Both the position numbers and the translations under genes were made by a program. Source: Patescibacteria group bacterium (GTDB taxonomy: Bacteria; Patescibacteriota; Patescibacteriia; UBA9934; GWF2-40-263). From it: a DNA stretch of 64,000 bases. The stretch is taken from positions 1,896-65,895 of the forward strand of contig JAHJAM010000023.1 of assembly GCA_018814025.1 (NCBI GenBank), given 5' to 3'. Of this stretch, positions 26,613 to 37,125 are shown in pieces (positions within the stretch are counted from its first letter, which is position 1; each line of letters begins with the position of its first letter). The notes under the pieces are model-generated. The model saw only the letters and a program-made list of their open reading frames with translations. It did no database searches and was not told where the DNA came from.

Positions 26613-28019
26613 TTAAAGTGCGTACAGTCTTTGCTTAATCAATTCAATATCATGTCTTAATTTTTCATCTTCCTCCAAGCAGCCATTAATTTTTTCATAA
26701 GCGTGCATGGCTGTGGTGTGGTCGCGACCGCCTAATTCTGTGCCAATCGTCGGATAACTCATCTTCATTTCTTCCCGCATAATGAACATGGTAATTTGAC
26801 GGGGAAAGGCCAAACGTTTTTCTCGACTCTTGCCTAAAAGGTCTTCGATTTCCAGGTCAAAATATCCGGCCATGGTTTGGATTAGCTGTCGCGGGGTTAC
26901 ATTCTTTCGTGTTCCGGTCGGCTTAAAGCTGGCCATGATCGGTTGCACGGTATCAACGGTCGGTGAAATATTTTTAAATTGATGGAAAGCGATAATTTTA
27001 TTCAATGCCCCTTCCAATTCTCGCACATTGCTTTGGACGGCCATGGCCATGCAATGGAGTACTTCATTAGCCAGTGGATAACCTTTTTCTTGGCACTTCG
27101 TTTCCAGGATGGCCACGCGCGTTTCAAAGTCCGGACTGCCGACATCGGCCATCATCCCGCACTCAAATCGGGAAATTAACCTGCTTTCCAGGGTTGGGAT
27201 GGCTTTTGGTGGTCGGTCAGAAGTGATCACAATCTGTCTGTTTGACTGATATAATTGGTTAAAAGTGTGAAAAAACTCCTCTTGAGTGCCTTCTTTTCCG
27301 GTAATAAATTGGATATCGTCAACCAGTAGCAAATCGACATTTCTATAGCGATTTTTGAATTCTCGAGCCTGTCCGCCCCGAACCGCATTAATAAAGTCAT
27401 TGGTAAAACGCTCGCAAGTCACGTATAAAACTTTAACATTTGGGTTTTTATTGATCATTTCGTTCCCGATCGACTGCAACAGGTGAGTTTTTCCCAGACC
27501 CACCCCACCATAGATAAATAATGGGTTATAAACTCCTCCTGGCTGGGCCGCCACCGCCTGAGCTGCCGCATGAGCCAGCTCATTTTGTTTACCCACCACG
27601 AAATTTACAAAATTATATTTGCTGTTTACGGTTAAATCTCCTGAAACTTGTGATTGGCTGCCGGCTGATGGCATTGGTTGATGAGTCTGTAAGTTTTCTT
27701 GGTCGGGGATGGACTCTGGCCTATTCCCCATCACCTCTGCAGGGATCATTTGTGGTGATGCTGGGCGATTTTCAACTCGGTAGACGATCGTCTTAGTCCG
27801 GTTTCCGGTCAGATTCTGCAACGAAGTCATGATCTCTTTGTGATACTTCTTCTCAAGCCAGGCTTTGGTAAAAAGATTAGGTACGCCAATTATGACCTCC
27901 TCCTCCCGGCAAGATGCGATAAAAGTATTTTTAAACCAAGTGGTGAAATTAGCTTTGCTTAAAGAGAGTTCAAGCTCTCCCAAGACCGCCTGCCACAACT
28001 CATTTGAATCCATACTCAC
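26613..28019 (-). CDS. dnaA: chromosomal replication initiator protein DnaA
   Basis: N-terminal domain I (WQAVLGEL), AAA+ Walker A GGVGLGKTHLL, C-terminal DNA-binding domain. Confidence 0.9.
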   Translation of the reverse strand: MSMDSNELWQAVLGELELSLSKANFTTWFKNTFIASCREEEVIIGVPNLFTKAWLEKKYHKEIMTSLQNLTGNRTKTIVYRVENRPASPQMIPAEVMGNRPESIPDQENLQTHQPMPSAGSQSQVSGDLTVNSKYNFVNFVVGKQNELAHAAAQAVAAQPGGVYNPLFIYGGVGLGKTHLLQSIGNEMINKNPNVKVLYVTCERFTNDFINAVRGGQAREFKNRYRNVDLLLVDDIQFITGKEGTQEEFFHTFNQLYQSNRQIVITSDRPPKAIPTLESRLISRFECGMMADVGSPDFETRVAILETKCQEKGYPLANEVLHCMAMAVQSNVRELEGALNKIIAFHQFKNISPTVDTVQPIMASFKPTGTRKNVTPRQLIQTMAGYFDLEIEDLLGKSREKRLAFPRQITMFIMREEMKMSYPTIGTELGGRDHTTAMHAYEKINGCLEEDEKLRHDIELIKQRLYAL

Positions 28020-28292
28020 CCCAGAGATTGAAGAAATAAATCAAAGACTAGCTTCGACAGTGTAAACCATATATCCACAAGCAGGCAAGTCCTGTGAGTA
28101 AACTTGACAAATTCATAAAAGTCCATAAAATCAAGCTCTCAAGAGGGTCTTCTAATAAACAACAACAAAAGACCATCATCCCTGTTGCGGTTGTTCACCG
28201 ACCGCTCATTCATCAAAAATAACAGTTGATAAACTGTGGATGATTTGTTAATATGGGGAACAGTTAATGCTGAATTTGTAATCAATAATTTT
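28020..28292. promoter_or_regulatory. dnaA/rpmH divergent promoter region with DnaA boxes (possible second oriC half)
   Basis: ATATCCACA at 28070-28078; TGTGGATGA at 28235-28243; TAATAT -10-like element at 28248. Confidence 0.45.
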
Positions 28293-28448
28293 ATGGCCAC
28301 CAAAAGAACCTATCAGCCCAAAAAAAAGCGCCGAGCCAAAGTCCACGGCTTCCGGAGCAAAATGAAAACCGCCAGCGGCCGCAAAGTGCTGAGCGCTCGT
28401 CGTGCCAAAGGCCGCAAAAAAGTTTCCGTTCAAGCTAAGAAGAAATAA
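28293..28448 (+). CDS. rpmH: 50S ribosomal protein L34
   Basis: [44 protein letters not shown]; the upstream part of ORF 28236 is rejected. Confidence 0.9.
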   Translation: MATKRTYQPKKKRRAKVHGFRSKMKTASGRKVLSARRAKGRKKVSVQAKKK

Positions 28449-28449
28449 C

Positions 28450-28788
28450 ATGCTGCCCAAGGAAAATCGTCTTCGCCTTGATAAAGATATCAAAACGCTC
28501 TTTGCCAAAGGAAAGGGCGTTTTTGGTGTTATTTGTGGAATCAAATATCGTTCAAATCATTTGTCGGTTTCTCGCTTCGCGGTTGTGGTTGGCATCAAAG
28601 TTTCCAAAAAGGCTGTGGTTCGTAATCGTTTGCGCCGGCAGATTCGGGCCATGCTTCGCCAGGAGCTTGAACATTTTCGTCCCGGTTATGATCTGATGAT
28701 TTTGGTTCGCCCGGCCGCCGTTAATCAAACCCGCGATGAGATTCAGACAGATTTGTTGAAAAACCTGAAGAAAACCCCGGTTTTATAG
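28450..28788 (+). CDS. rnpA: ribonuclease P protein component
   Basis: MLPKENRLRLDKDIKTLFAKG...; basic protein of about 112 aa directly after rpmH. Confidence 0.8.
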   Translation: MLPKENRLRLDKDIKTLFAKGKGVFGVICGIKYRSNHLSVSRFAVVVGIKVSKKAVVRNRLRRQIRAMLRQELEHFRPGYDLMILVRPAAVNQTRDEIQTDLLKNLKKTPVL

Positions 28789-28792
28789 TTTT

Positions 28793-29068
28793 ATGATCGA
28801 ATGGATTTTGCGCTTGCCTCGACGTCTGGCCATGCTGATCATTCGCCTTTATCAAAAGACCTTGTCTTTTGATCATGGTTTGCCCAGATTTCTTTTCCCG
28901 CACGGTTATTGTCGGTTTCATCCTACCTGTTCCCAATATGGATATGAGTGCTTTCGAGCCCACGGCCTGATCAAAGGAAGTTTATATGCCGTCTGGCGCA
29001 TTCTCAGATGCAATCCTTGGTCCCGGGGCGGCCATGATCCGATTCCCAAAAATAAATCCGGCTTTTAA
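28793..29068 (+). CDS. yidD: membrane protein insertion efficiency factor YidD
   Basis: HGLPRFLFPHGYCRFHPTCSQYGYEC...CNPW is the conserved YidD core. Confidence 0.8.
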   Translation: MIEWILRLPRRLAMLIIRLYQKTLSFDHGLPRFLFPHGYCRFHPTCSQYGYECFRAHGLIKGSLYAVWRILRCNPWSRGGHDPIPKNKSGF

Positions 29069-29310
29069 GCCGGATTTTTGAATGCTTGATCAGGGATTTC
29101 GAATTGTTTCATTCTCGTCGTTGCCCCTCGGATCAGTTCAATTTGTGAAGGCGCAATCTTCAGCTCTTGCGAGAGCAGTTTAATAACCGCCTCATTCGCC
29201 CTCCCCTTTTCCGGTGCGGCCACCACCGCCACTTTCACTGTTTCCCGATCCAGCCAAGCGATTACCTTGTTGCTTTTTGCTCTGGGTTTAACGTGTACAG
29301 TCAGGATCAT
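29065..29310 (-). CDS. DUF167 (YggU-like) protein
   Basis: LTVHVKPRAKSNKV...KVAVVAAPEKGRANEAVIKLLSQELKIA fits DUF167; start chosen at MILTV to minimise overlap with the upstream gene. Confidence 0.5.
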   Translation of the reverse strand: MILTVHVKPRAKSNKVIAWLDRETVKVAVVAAPEKGRANEAVIKLLSQELKIAPSQIELIRGATTRMKQFEIPDQAFKNPA

Positions 29311-30115
29311 AGGTGCATTCGGCCGCTTCAATCGTTTCCGTGGCCTTGATAATTTCTTCATGGATATGTCCGTTAGAAGCCACCAAATCTCGGCAGCAAA
29401 CATTCCAAGGATGTCCGCAATAATCAGTAATTCCCCCGCCGGCTTCTTTTACCAGCAAGGCTCCGGCCGCCGTGTCCCAGGATTTCGCGCCAGTTAAGAT
29501 GACCCCCTCGGTCCGTCCGCAAGCCACGGTTGTCAGCATGATGGCCGCTGAACCCAGGCGGCGGAAATACGAAGTGGTTTTTTCCAAAGCATACAAGATT
29601 TGTCCGTGCCGAATCACGCTTTCGTTATCATGCGCTCGTCCGGCCATCAGCATTCTTCGGCCGTGCATGTCTCGATCGGAAACCATAATTTTTTCTCCAT
29701 TTAAAGTTGTGCCCTTGCCAGCTTCGGCCAAGAATAATTCATCCTGTATTGGATCATAGATTAATCCCAAAACCGGTTCCTTGTCTTTGATCAACGCAAT
29801 CGTAATCGCAAACAAGGGGATGCCGCGCGTAAAATTTGAAGTGCCGTCCAAAGGGTCGATCACCCAGGTTAATTGGTCTGACATTTCAAAGTTATCGGAG
29901 TTTTCCATTTCCTCACTCAAGATTGAATAGTTTGGAAACGCGGATTTGAGTCTTTCGATAATTATTTTATTTGAGGCCAAATCCACTTCCGAAACCGGTT
30001 CATTATGCTTTTTGTAAGTGATGTTATTTGCATGTTTGGATTTAAAAGCCGACCGAAGAATTTCTCCGGCCTCGTTGGCTACACTGATGGCAATATCCGC
30101 TTCTTTTTCGTACAT
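29288..30115 (-). CDS. inositol monophosphatase family protein (SuhB-like)
   Basis: WVIDPLDGT and WDTAAG motifs; start placed at MYEKEADIA. Confidence 0.8.
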   Translation of the reverse strand: MYEKEADIAISVANEAGEILRSAFKSKHANNITYKKHNEPVSEVDLASNKIIIERLKSAFPNYSILSEEMENSDNFEMSDQLTWVIDPLDGTSNFTRGIPLFAITIALIKDKEPVLGLIYDPIQDELFLAEAGKGTTLNGEKIMVSDRDMHGRRMLMAGRAHDNESVIRHGQILYALEKTTSYFRRLGSAAIMLTTVACGRTEGVILTGAKSWDTAAGALLVKEAGGGITDYCGHPWNVCCRDLVASNGHIHEEIIKATETIEAAECTYDPDCTR

Positions 30116-30185
30116 ATTCACTAAAAAACACAACATTCACCTTACCGCGTCTGGAGATTATTGCAAGCCTCAAGGTTTCATCAAT

Positions 30186-30217
30186 AAAAAAACCCCGCGT
30201 CTAGATCGACGCGGGGC
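30186..30217 (-). terminator. intrinsic terminator of the secreted-protein gene
   Basis: Minus strand CCCCGCGTCGATCTAGACGCGGGG followed by a T-run. Confidence 0.6.
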
Positions 30218-30237
30218 CGGGTTACAGAACTAAACTG

Positions 30238-31416
30238 TTATTTCTTGGCCGACATCTTTTTGTTAGCCTTCTTCTTCTTTTTTGCCGAAGCGGCCGTTAG
30301 CCCTTCAAGCTGAGCACCAGGGTAAGTTCCGTCGACCAAATATTGGCTGAACAGAGACTTGGTCATCTCTCGGAGATCCTCGGTAAAAACTTCCGGGGTC
30401 GTCTGTTTTTCTCGAGTTCCCACAAAAGAACCAATTCTCATTTCTACTCGGCAGGGAGTCATCGAAATCACCTTTCCCTCGATGGGGTCTTCGGCCTGCA
30501 TTCCGGAAACAGTTACCGAAACCGTAGTGATGCCTTCTTGGTTGGCAGCTGCCACCACCACCTGTCCGCCCATGGCCTTGATCATGGAATGCAGATCAGC
30601 TCGTACGGCATTGGCGGCCGCGTTCATCGGGAACACGCCCGTATCAGTCTCCTCAATCGTTCGGGTCACCAGCACCCCAAATTTCTGATCCTTGAAGTTT
30701 GGGATCTGAGCGATCTGTTGGGCCTGGTTCTTGGCTCCCAAAGCCGCCAGACACTTCTCCTGCATGCCGCGCGCTTCGTCGCTGATCCGCGCCATGTTCT
30801 GAACGCAGAACTTCTCGAACACGCTTTCTTCCTGGCTGTCGTGTTCGCATCCATACTTGTCCGAGTTTGAGAATTCAGCTAAAGCTCGACACTGCTGGCG
30901 CAGGCCATCAAGCTTCAGAGCCAAATCGCCCGCATCCTCCCAAAGACCCATGGCCACAATCCGCTCGTAACGCAGTTTTGTGTTGCCCAGGGCTTCACGA
31001 TTGTCCAGGATTTTCTGCCTGGCCTTGGCTCGGTTCTCGCGCTTGAGTTCAAGCACAGTGTCCGCTTGCTTCCTGATCCCCAAAAACTCGGCGCACTTCA
31101 GACCCTCATCGGGCCAGTGCTCGAGCAAAGGCTGGAAAGCTGCCTGGCAAAATTTTCGGTATTTCACTTCCGTGGGCGAACTCTGCTCAATGGACACGCC
31201 GTCCTGGAGTGCATAGTAGTCATTGTCCAAGGCGTCTTGCCAAGCCGAGAAAGCCACCAGCAGCGCCTGGGGCTGTCCCGAGCTCTGCCAATTTGCAGTT
31301 GCTGCCTTGGCCGCCCGGACATATGCCTCGTTGCTCTCCTGCGCCAAAGCTGGCGGAACCGTAATCCATGCGATCATCAAACAAGAGACAGAAAGAAACT
31401 GTTTGTGAAGGTGCAT
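30238..31416 (-). CDS. secreted hypothetical protein with poly-Lys C-terminal tail
   Basis: Signal peptide (..ITVPPALAQE); 392 aa; C-terminus SAKKKKKANKKMSAKK; good SD (AGGAGG); no family recognised. Confidence 0.45.
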   Translation of the reverse strand: MHLHKQFLSVSCLMIAWITVPPALAQESNEAYVRAAKAATANWQSSGQPQALLVAFSAWQDALDNDYYALQDGVSIEQSSPTEVKYRKFCQAAFQPLLEHWPDEGLKCAEFLGIRKQADTVLELKRENRAKARQKILDNREALGNTKLRYERIVAMGLWEDAGDLALKLDGLRQQCRALAEFSNSDKYGCEHDSQEESVFEKFCVQNMARISDEARGMQEKCLAALGAKNQAQQIAQIPNFKDQKFGVLVTRTIEETDTGVFPMNAAANAVRADLHSMIKAMGGQVVVAAANQEGITTVSVTVSGMQAEDPIEGKVISMTPCRVEMRIGSFVGTREKQTTPEVFTEDLREMTKSLFSQYLVDGTYPGAQLEGLTAASAKKKKKANKKMSAKK

Positions 31417-31481
31417 ATCTCTCCTCCTAACCTCAATCAGGTTGTTTTGTCTAAGGTTAGATTGTCATCATTTGACCGCTA

Positions 31482-31540
31482 ACTATAGCAAAAAAATCAC
31501 CTTTTGTCAACCCCGTACCACCATGCACTGTGGTACGGGG
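31482..31540 (-). promoter_or_regulatory. consensus promoter (TTGACA-N17-TATAGT) with an 11-bp-stem hairpin abutting the -35
   Basis: Minus-strand -35 at 31505-31510 and -10 at 31482-31487; hairpin CCCCGTACCAC-N8-GTGGTACGGGG at 31511-31540, flanked by direct GTCAAC repeats. Confidence 0.45.
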
Positions 31541-31586
31541 TCAACCCTTGTAAGCAAAAAACCGCCCATTTTTGGGCGGTTTTCAG

Positions 31587-32879
31587 TTATTTCACCATGG
31601 CATTTCTGAGCAAATCAATCACTTTTCGGTTGCGTTGCATGCTTTCCATGTATTCCCGATAGACCGGGGAATATATTTGTTTTTTCGCCTCTTCATTATC
31701 TTGATATCGTTCAGCCAAAGCGTCTAATTCCTGATCCATTTCTTTTTGATCAACTTCTACTTTCTCTCGTCTGGCAATTTCGCTCAAGAGCAAAGCTACT
31801 TTGATTCGCATTAAGGCTTGCGGGGTAAAATCCAGTTTCAAATCCGCCAAGGTTCTCTTAATGCTTTCTAAATATTTATCAAATTCCATGCCCTGATCTT
31901 CCACTCGGTGCTGCAGCTCGTGGGCCATTTTATTAATTTCTTCATTCAAGAGCAGATCCGGGATATCTTCAAAACGCGATTTATCCGCAATCAATTCTAA
32001 CATCTCTTTTTCTTGTCGAAACTTTTCTTCACTGTCTTTTTCCTTTTGCAGATTCTCTCGGATCAAGCCTTTCATGGTTTCCAAATCTTTTTGCCCCAGG
32101 CTCTTGGCAAACTCATCGTTGATTTCTGGCAAATCCAAGTGAAAGATTTCTTTAATCGCCACTTCGAATTCCACTTCGGCGCCGGCAATCATTTTTTGCA
32201 CGTGGTCCTCGGGAAAAGTTAAAACAAATTTCTTTTCTTCCCCCTCTTTCAAACCCAGCAATTGTTCTTTAAACCCCGGGATATAATATTCCTCGCTTAA
32301 AAAAATCGCATGATTTGGTGATTGTCCGCCATCCACGGGCACGCCGTCTTTTTTCATGTTCACGGATAGGACGACCTTGTCTTGATCATCAACTATCGAA
32401 CCTTCTTTGCCCCGTGTTTCTTTGGTTTGCATGCGCTGCAAATCCTTCAAGGCCAAATCAATATCCTTATCCTCAATCTCCGGTTTCTTCGCCTTGACCG
32501 ACAAGGTTTTAAAATCAGCCAGCTTGGTCACCTTTGGCATGCGAGTTACTTCAGCCGTATACACCAAATCATTGCTTGGCACCATTTTTTCCATCTCAAT
32601 TTTTGGCTGGCCCACTGTGTCGATTTCCTGCTCCAAAACCGCTTGCACAAAAGTTTTGCGCACAATATTTTCTAAAGCCTCTTCCAAGATTTTCATTTCT
32701 CCAAACTTTTGCCTAATCACTTCATAATCGGCTTTGCCCGGGCGAAAGCCGTCAATCTTGGTGTTTTGCGCCAGGCGCTTCGCCGCCTCTTCCATGTGAG
32801 GTCGGGTTTCTTCTTTGGGTACGGTAATGGTTAATTTGACGCGATTTTTTTCTAAATCTTCTCTTGTATGTGTAGCCAT
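31587..32879 (-). CDS. tig: trigger factor
   Basis: 430 aa with an N-terminal ribosome-binding domain (KIDGFRPGKA motif), a PPIase-like middle domain and a C-terminal domain. Confidence 0.85.
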   Translation of the reverse strand: MATHTREDLEKNRVKLTITVPKEETRPHMEEAAKRLAQNTKIDGFRPGKADYEVIRQKFGEMKILEEALENIVRKTFVQAVLEQEIDTVGQPKIEMEKMVPSNDLVYTAEVTRMPKVTKLADFKTLSVKAKKPEIEDKDIDLALKDLQRMQTKETRGKEGSIVDDQDKVVLSVNMKKDGVPVDGGQSPNHAIFLSEEYYIPGFKEQLLGLKEGEEKKFVLTFPEDHVQKMIAGAEVEFEVAIKEIFHLDLPEINDEFAKSLGQKDLETMKGLIRENLQKEKDSEEKFRQEKEMLELIADKSRFEDIPDLLLNEEINKMAHELQHRVEDQGMEFDKYLESIKRTLADLKLDFTPQALMRIKVALLLSEIARREKVEVDQKEMDQELDALAERYQDNEEAKKQIYSPVYREYMESMQRNRKVIDLLRNAMVK

Positions 32880-32951
32880 AAGATATTTTTGCTTTTTAGT
32901 CCCCGGACTATAACCAAAAACCTCATTATTGTCAATAATATCAGAGATAAA

Positions 32952-32980
32952 TCAAAACACCCCGGACTAGCCGGGGTGTT
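32952..32980 (-). terminator. intrinsic terminator after the pyrophosphatase gene
   Basis: AAAACACCCCGG-ACTAG-CCGGGGTGTTT. Confidence 0.6.
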
Positions 32981-32992
32981 TACTAATCTTTC

Positions 32993-34990
32993 TTATCCCA
33001 AGATAAAGGCCACAATCAGAATTGCCACAATGTTCAAGATCTTGATCATCGGGTTGATGGCCGGTCCGGCCGTATCTTTATATGGGTCGCCCACGGTATC
33101 GCCAGTCACAGCTGCCGCGTGAGCCGGGCTGCCTTTGCCGCCGAAGTGTCCGGACTCAATGTATTTCTTGGCATTGTCCCAAGCTCCCCCGCCAGCCGTC
33201 ATGGAGATGGCCACGAAAATACCGGTAATGATTGAGCCAATCAATAATCCGCCCAAAGCTTCCGGTCCCAGGCCAAAGCCAACTACTACTGGGGCCAACA
33301 CCGCCAAGAGCGATGGCGCAATCATGTAATGAATCGCGTCCTTAGTGACCAAATCCACGGCCTTCCCATAATCCGGCTTGGCCGTGCGATCCATAATGCC
33401 CGGAATTTCTTTGAACTGTCGGCGCACTTCCATTACCACGCCTTTCGCCGCTTTGCCCACTGCCTCCATAGCCAGGGCCGCAAATAAATAAGTGACCAGT
33501 CCGCCCAAGAACAAACCCGCGATCACTGATGGGTTTTCCAAACTGAATACCACGAATTTTCCTTCAGCCTCAATCGTGTGAATGTAATCGCTGAACAAAA
33601 TCACGGTTGCCAAACCGGCTGAGCCAATTGCGTAAGCCTTGGTTACGGCCTTGGTCGTGTTGCCGACCGCATCCAATGGATCAGTCACGTCGCGCACCTC
33701 CTCAGGCAGCTCAGCCATCTCCGCAATCCCGCCCGCGTTATCCGTAATCGGTCCGAAAGCATCAATCGCCACAATAATTCCGGTTAAAGACAGCATGGAC
33801 ATGGCCGCAATCGCGATTCCGTAGAGTCCGGCTAATTGATAGGCCAAAAGAATTCCAATCACGATCGTTAAGACCGGCAGGGCGGTCGATTTCATGGACA
33901 AAGCAATACCGCTGATAATATTGGTGCCATGTCCGCCCTCAGACGATTCCGCCAATTTTTTCACCGGTGAATATTGAGTGCCGGTGTAGTACTCGGTAAT
34001 CATGATGAGGAGTGCGGTAATCACCAATCCCAGCAAAGCCGAATAGAAAATATTATTCGTGTTAATCCCTTCAATTCCCGTGAGCATTTTTTGGGTGATC
34101 GGCCAGAAGCCTAAAGCCGCTAATACGCCAGCCACTCCCAATCCTTTATATAAAGCACCCATGATATTCTTGTTCTTTCCCAGCTTGATGAAGAAGGTGC
34201 CTAAGATCGAAGCCACAATCGCGATCGCGCCCAAAGCTAAAGGATATAAAATCACATTGGTGACATTTGGAAATAACAGTGACCCCAACAGCATAGTGGC
34301 CACGCAAGTCACGGCGTAAGTTTCAAACAAGTCCGCGGCCATACCCGCACAGTCGCCCACATTGTCGCCCACGTTATCAGCAATCACGGCCGGGTTGCGC
34401 GGATCATCTTCCGGAATTCCCGCTTCAGTTTTTCCCACCAGGTCAGCGCCCACGTCAGCGGCCTTGGTAAAGATTCCGCCGCCCAAGCGAGCAAACACGC
34501 TAATCAAAGATCCGCCAAAACCCAATCCGATCAAAGCGTGGACATTACCGGTGACCGCATAAAATCCCGTCACCCCCAACAAAGCTAAACCCACCACAAA
34601 AAGTCCGGTCACGGATCCGCCGCGCACGGCCACATCCATGGCCTTGGATAAACCATCTTTGGCCGCCTCCGTGGTTCGCACATTGGCTCGCACTGAAACC
34701 GACATGCCAATCACGCCAGCTAAACCGGACAAAACAGCACCGATGGCAAAAGCCACGGCCATGGTCCAGCCCAAAGTGAAGCCGAGCACAAAAAAGATCA
34801 CAATTCCAATCATGGCGATCATCTTATATTGGCGAGCCATGTAAGCGTTGGCTCCTTCTTGAATGGCATGCGCGATGCCTTTCATTTTTCCGTCCCCGGC
34901 CGGCAGCTTTAATATCCAATTAGTTAGCACTGCTCCGTAAACGAGTGCCAAGATCCCGGCACCCAAAGCGTAATAAATGATGTTATCCAT
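32993..34990 (-). CDS. hppA: membrane-bound proton/sodium-translocating pyrophosphatase
   Basis: [17 protein letters not shown] and DNVGDNVGD signature motifs; 665 aa; about 15 TM helices. Confidence 0.9.
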   Translation of the reverse strand: MDNIIYYALGAGILALVYGAVLTNWILKLPAGDGKMKGIAHAIQEGANAYMARQYKMIAMIGIVIFFVLGFTLGWTMAVAFAIGAVLSGLAGVIGMSVSVRANVRTTEAAKDGLSKAMDVAVRGGSVTGLFVVGLALLGVTGFYAVTGNVHALIGLGFGGSLISVFARLGGGIFTKAADVGADLVGKTEAGIPEDDPRNPAVIADNVGDNVGDCAGMAADLFETYAVTCVATMLLGSLLFPNVTNVILYPLALGAIAIVASILGTFFIKLGKNKNIMGALYKGLGVAGVLAALGFWPITQKMLTGIEGINTNNIFYSALLGLVITALLIMITEYYTGTQYSPVKKLAESSEGGHGTNIISGIALSMKSTALPVLTIVIGILLAYQLAGLYGIAIAAMSMLSLTGIIVAIDAFGPITDNAGGIAEMAELPEEVRDVTDPLDAVGNTTKAVTKAYAIGSAGLATVILFSDYIHTIEAEGKFVVFSLENPSVIAGLFLGGLVTYLFAALAMEAVGKAAKGVVMEVRRQFKEIPGIMDRTAKPDYGKAVDLVTKDAIHYMIAPSLLAVLAPVVVGFGLGPEALGGLLIGSIITGIFVAISMTAGGGAWDNAKKYIESGHFGGKGSPAHAAAVTGDTVGDPYKDTAGPAINPMIKILNIVAILIVAFILG

Positions 34991-35079
34991 ATTGTGCGTT
35001 AATTTTGACTCAAATAAAGTTAGTGAGATTTAGTAAGAATACGGTGGTATACTAGGGAAAATTAGCTATTTAGTCAATC

Positions 35080-35676
35080 ATGCAAACCCCCACCTATCTA
35101 ATTGAGCGCGAACTCATTGATCAAGGATTTCAAGCCATTGTTGGGGTTGATGAAGCCGGCTGTGGCGCCTTAGCCGGACCGTTGGTGGCCGCGGCCGTGG
35201 TTCTGCCCATTAATTCCCGCCTCAAATTACTTCGCGATTCTAAACTCCTTAGTTCGCGTCAGCGCGATCAGCTTTATGATCTGATTATCGACAAAGCCGC
35301 GGCCTGGGCCGCCGGTTCTGTTTCTGTGGAGGAGATTTACCAACTTGGCCTGCGTCCGGCCAATTACCTCGCCATGCGTCGAGCCATTGATCAAATCCCA
35401 AGCGTTGATTTTGTCTTGGTCGATGCTTGGACCCTGCCCGGACTCCCCTATCCGCAGCGAGGCATCATTCGGGGCGACCGTCTGGTCAAATCAATTGCCG
35501 CCGCCTCCATCATTGCCAAGGTGACTCGCGATCGTCTCATGAAAAACTTGGCCGTTGAATATCCGGAGTATCATTTCGGAGTTCATAAAGGCTACGGCAC
35601 TCTGCTTCATCGCCAAGCCATTAAAGAACATGGCCCATGCCCCATCCATCGTCTCAACTATAAAACTTTTCGCTAA
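35080..35676 (+). CDS. rnhB: ribonuclease HII
   Basis: VGVDEAGCGALAGPLVAAAVVL active-site motif; 198 aa. Confidence 0.85.
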   Translation: MQTPTYLIERELIDQGFQAIVGVDEAGCGALAGPLVAAAVVLPINSRLKLLRDSKLLSSRQRDQLYDLIIDKAAAWAAGSVSVEEIYQLGLRPANYLAMRRAIDQIPSVDFVLVDAWTLPGLPYPQRGIIRGDRLVKSIAAASIIAKVTRDRLMKNLAVEYPEYHFGVHKGYGTLLHRQAIKEHGPCPIHRLNYKTFR

Positions 35677-35755
35677 TCTATCAGCAATTTCCATCCCAGA
35701 CCATTGACGAAAAGCCTTTTTCTCGATAATCTGTGGGTTACCATTAACTTGAGTC

Positions 35756-37084
35756 ATGAAAATATTCTTCCAACAATATTTTGTCCGCTTTCTATTATTT
35801 CTGCTTCGCAGTTTAATTTTGGTTAAACGTTACGGCGGTCCTCTGCTTAAAAAAATCTTCGCTCCCCCAACCGCGGTTGGGCGTTTTTTATTGCGCACCA
35901 TCGGCGTTCCTGTTTATCGTCTGATTTTCAAAATCAAAAATCATTTTTCCCGGATCATTCTGCCGGCCAAAAGCCGTGTCCTCTATCTGGTGTCCAATCG
36001 GTTCGTGATTCACGGCGCCATCATCGCCATCACCTTGTTAACCATTGGCTTAAGCTTCGGCCAAGGCGAAGTCCGGGCTGAAACTTTTGGCACCCGTTCC
36101 TTGCTTTACTCCATGGTTGCTCAGGATGATTTTGCTATTATTGAAGTTGTCTCCGCCGCCGAACTCCCCGAAGCCAACCCGGTTTCTTATTTGGGCAACA
36201 ATGCCATTGATCCGCTCGATCATTTGGATATCGATATCAATTATGTTAATTCTGAATCCGGTCTTGATAACGGTTCGGCTTTAGCCTCGCATGCCGACCC
36301 GGTCAATGTGCCCAAGCGCGAAGCAATTATTGATTACACCATCGAGTCCGGCGACACTTTGGGTGGTATTTCTGAAAAATTCGGTTTAAGTCTGAGTACG
36401 GTTTTGTGGGCCAATGATTTAACCTACCGCAGCACCATCCAACCTGGCGATACTTTGAAAATCCTACCCGTCGATGGTTTGTTGCACACCGTCAAAGACG
36501 GCGATACGCTAAATAAGATAGCCAATTCTTATAATGCCGATGTTGATGAAACTCAGCGCGTCAATAAATTAGCAAGCCGTGATGATATCAATATCGGCGA
36601 AGTGTTGCTGGTGCCCGGCGGCGAAAAGCCTGCGCCCGTGGCCGCCAGCATTACTGCCCCGGTCAGCAGCATCTTTACCGCCCCCAGCACATCTTCTACC
36701 GCTGCTCGCGGTTCATCCACTGGCAGCGGTGATTGGGTTTGGCCTTCAGATTGGCGGGTCATTACCCAATACTATTCTTGGCGCCATACCGGTTTAGATA
36801 TCGACGGCGATTACAATACCAATAACTACGCGGCCGCGGCCGGCGTGGTTACTTACAGCGGTTGGTACAATGGTTACGGGTACACTGTTGATATCGATCA
36901 CGGCGACGGTATCATGACCCGCTACGCCCACCACTCCAAACTTTTTGTCGATGTCGGCGATACAGTTTATGCTGGTCAAGCTCTAGGAAAAACCGGTACC
37001 ACCGGCCGTTCCACCGGTACCCACCTTCACTTTGAAGTGCGAGTTAACGGGGTCACCCAGAACCCGCTTGATTGGATCAGATAA
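35756..37084 (+). CDS. LysM-domain M23 family metallopeptidase
   Basis: Two LysM repeats (YTIESGDTLGGISEKFGLS.., HTVKDGDTLNKIANSYNAD..) and an M23 core HTGLDIDG...HLHFEV. Confidence 0.8.
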   Translation: MKIFFQQYFVRFLLFLLRSLILVKRYGGPLLKKIFAPPTAVGRFLLRTIGVPVYRLIFKIKNHFSRIILPAKSRVLYLVSNRFVIHGAIIAITLLTIGLSFGQGEVRAETFGTRSLLYSMVAQDDFAIIEVVSAAELPEANPVSYLGNNAIDPLDHLDIDINYVNSESGLDNGSALASHADPVNVPKREAIIDYTIESGDTLGGISEKFGLSLSTVLWANDLTYRSTIQPGDTLKILPVDGLLHTVKDGDTLNKIANSYNADVDETQRVNKLASRDDINIGEVLLVPGGEKPAPVAASITAPVSSIFTAPSTSSTAARGSSTGSGDWVWPSDWRVITQYYSWRHTGLDIDGDYNTNNYAAAAGVVTYSGWYNGYGYTVDIDHGDGIMTRYAHHSKLFVDVGDTVYAGQALGKTGTTGRSTGTHLHFEVRVNGVTQNPLDWIR

Positions 37085-37125
37085 AACGAGCCTCCGGGCT
37101 CGTTTTTTGATATAATTGTTTTCGT

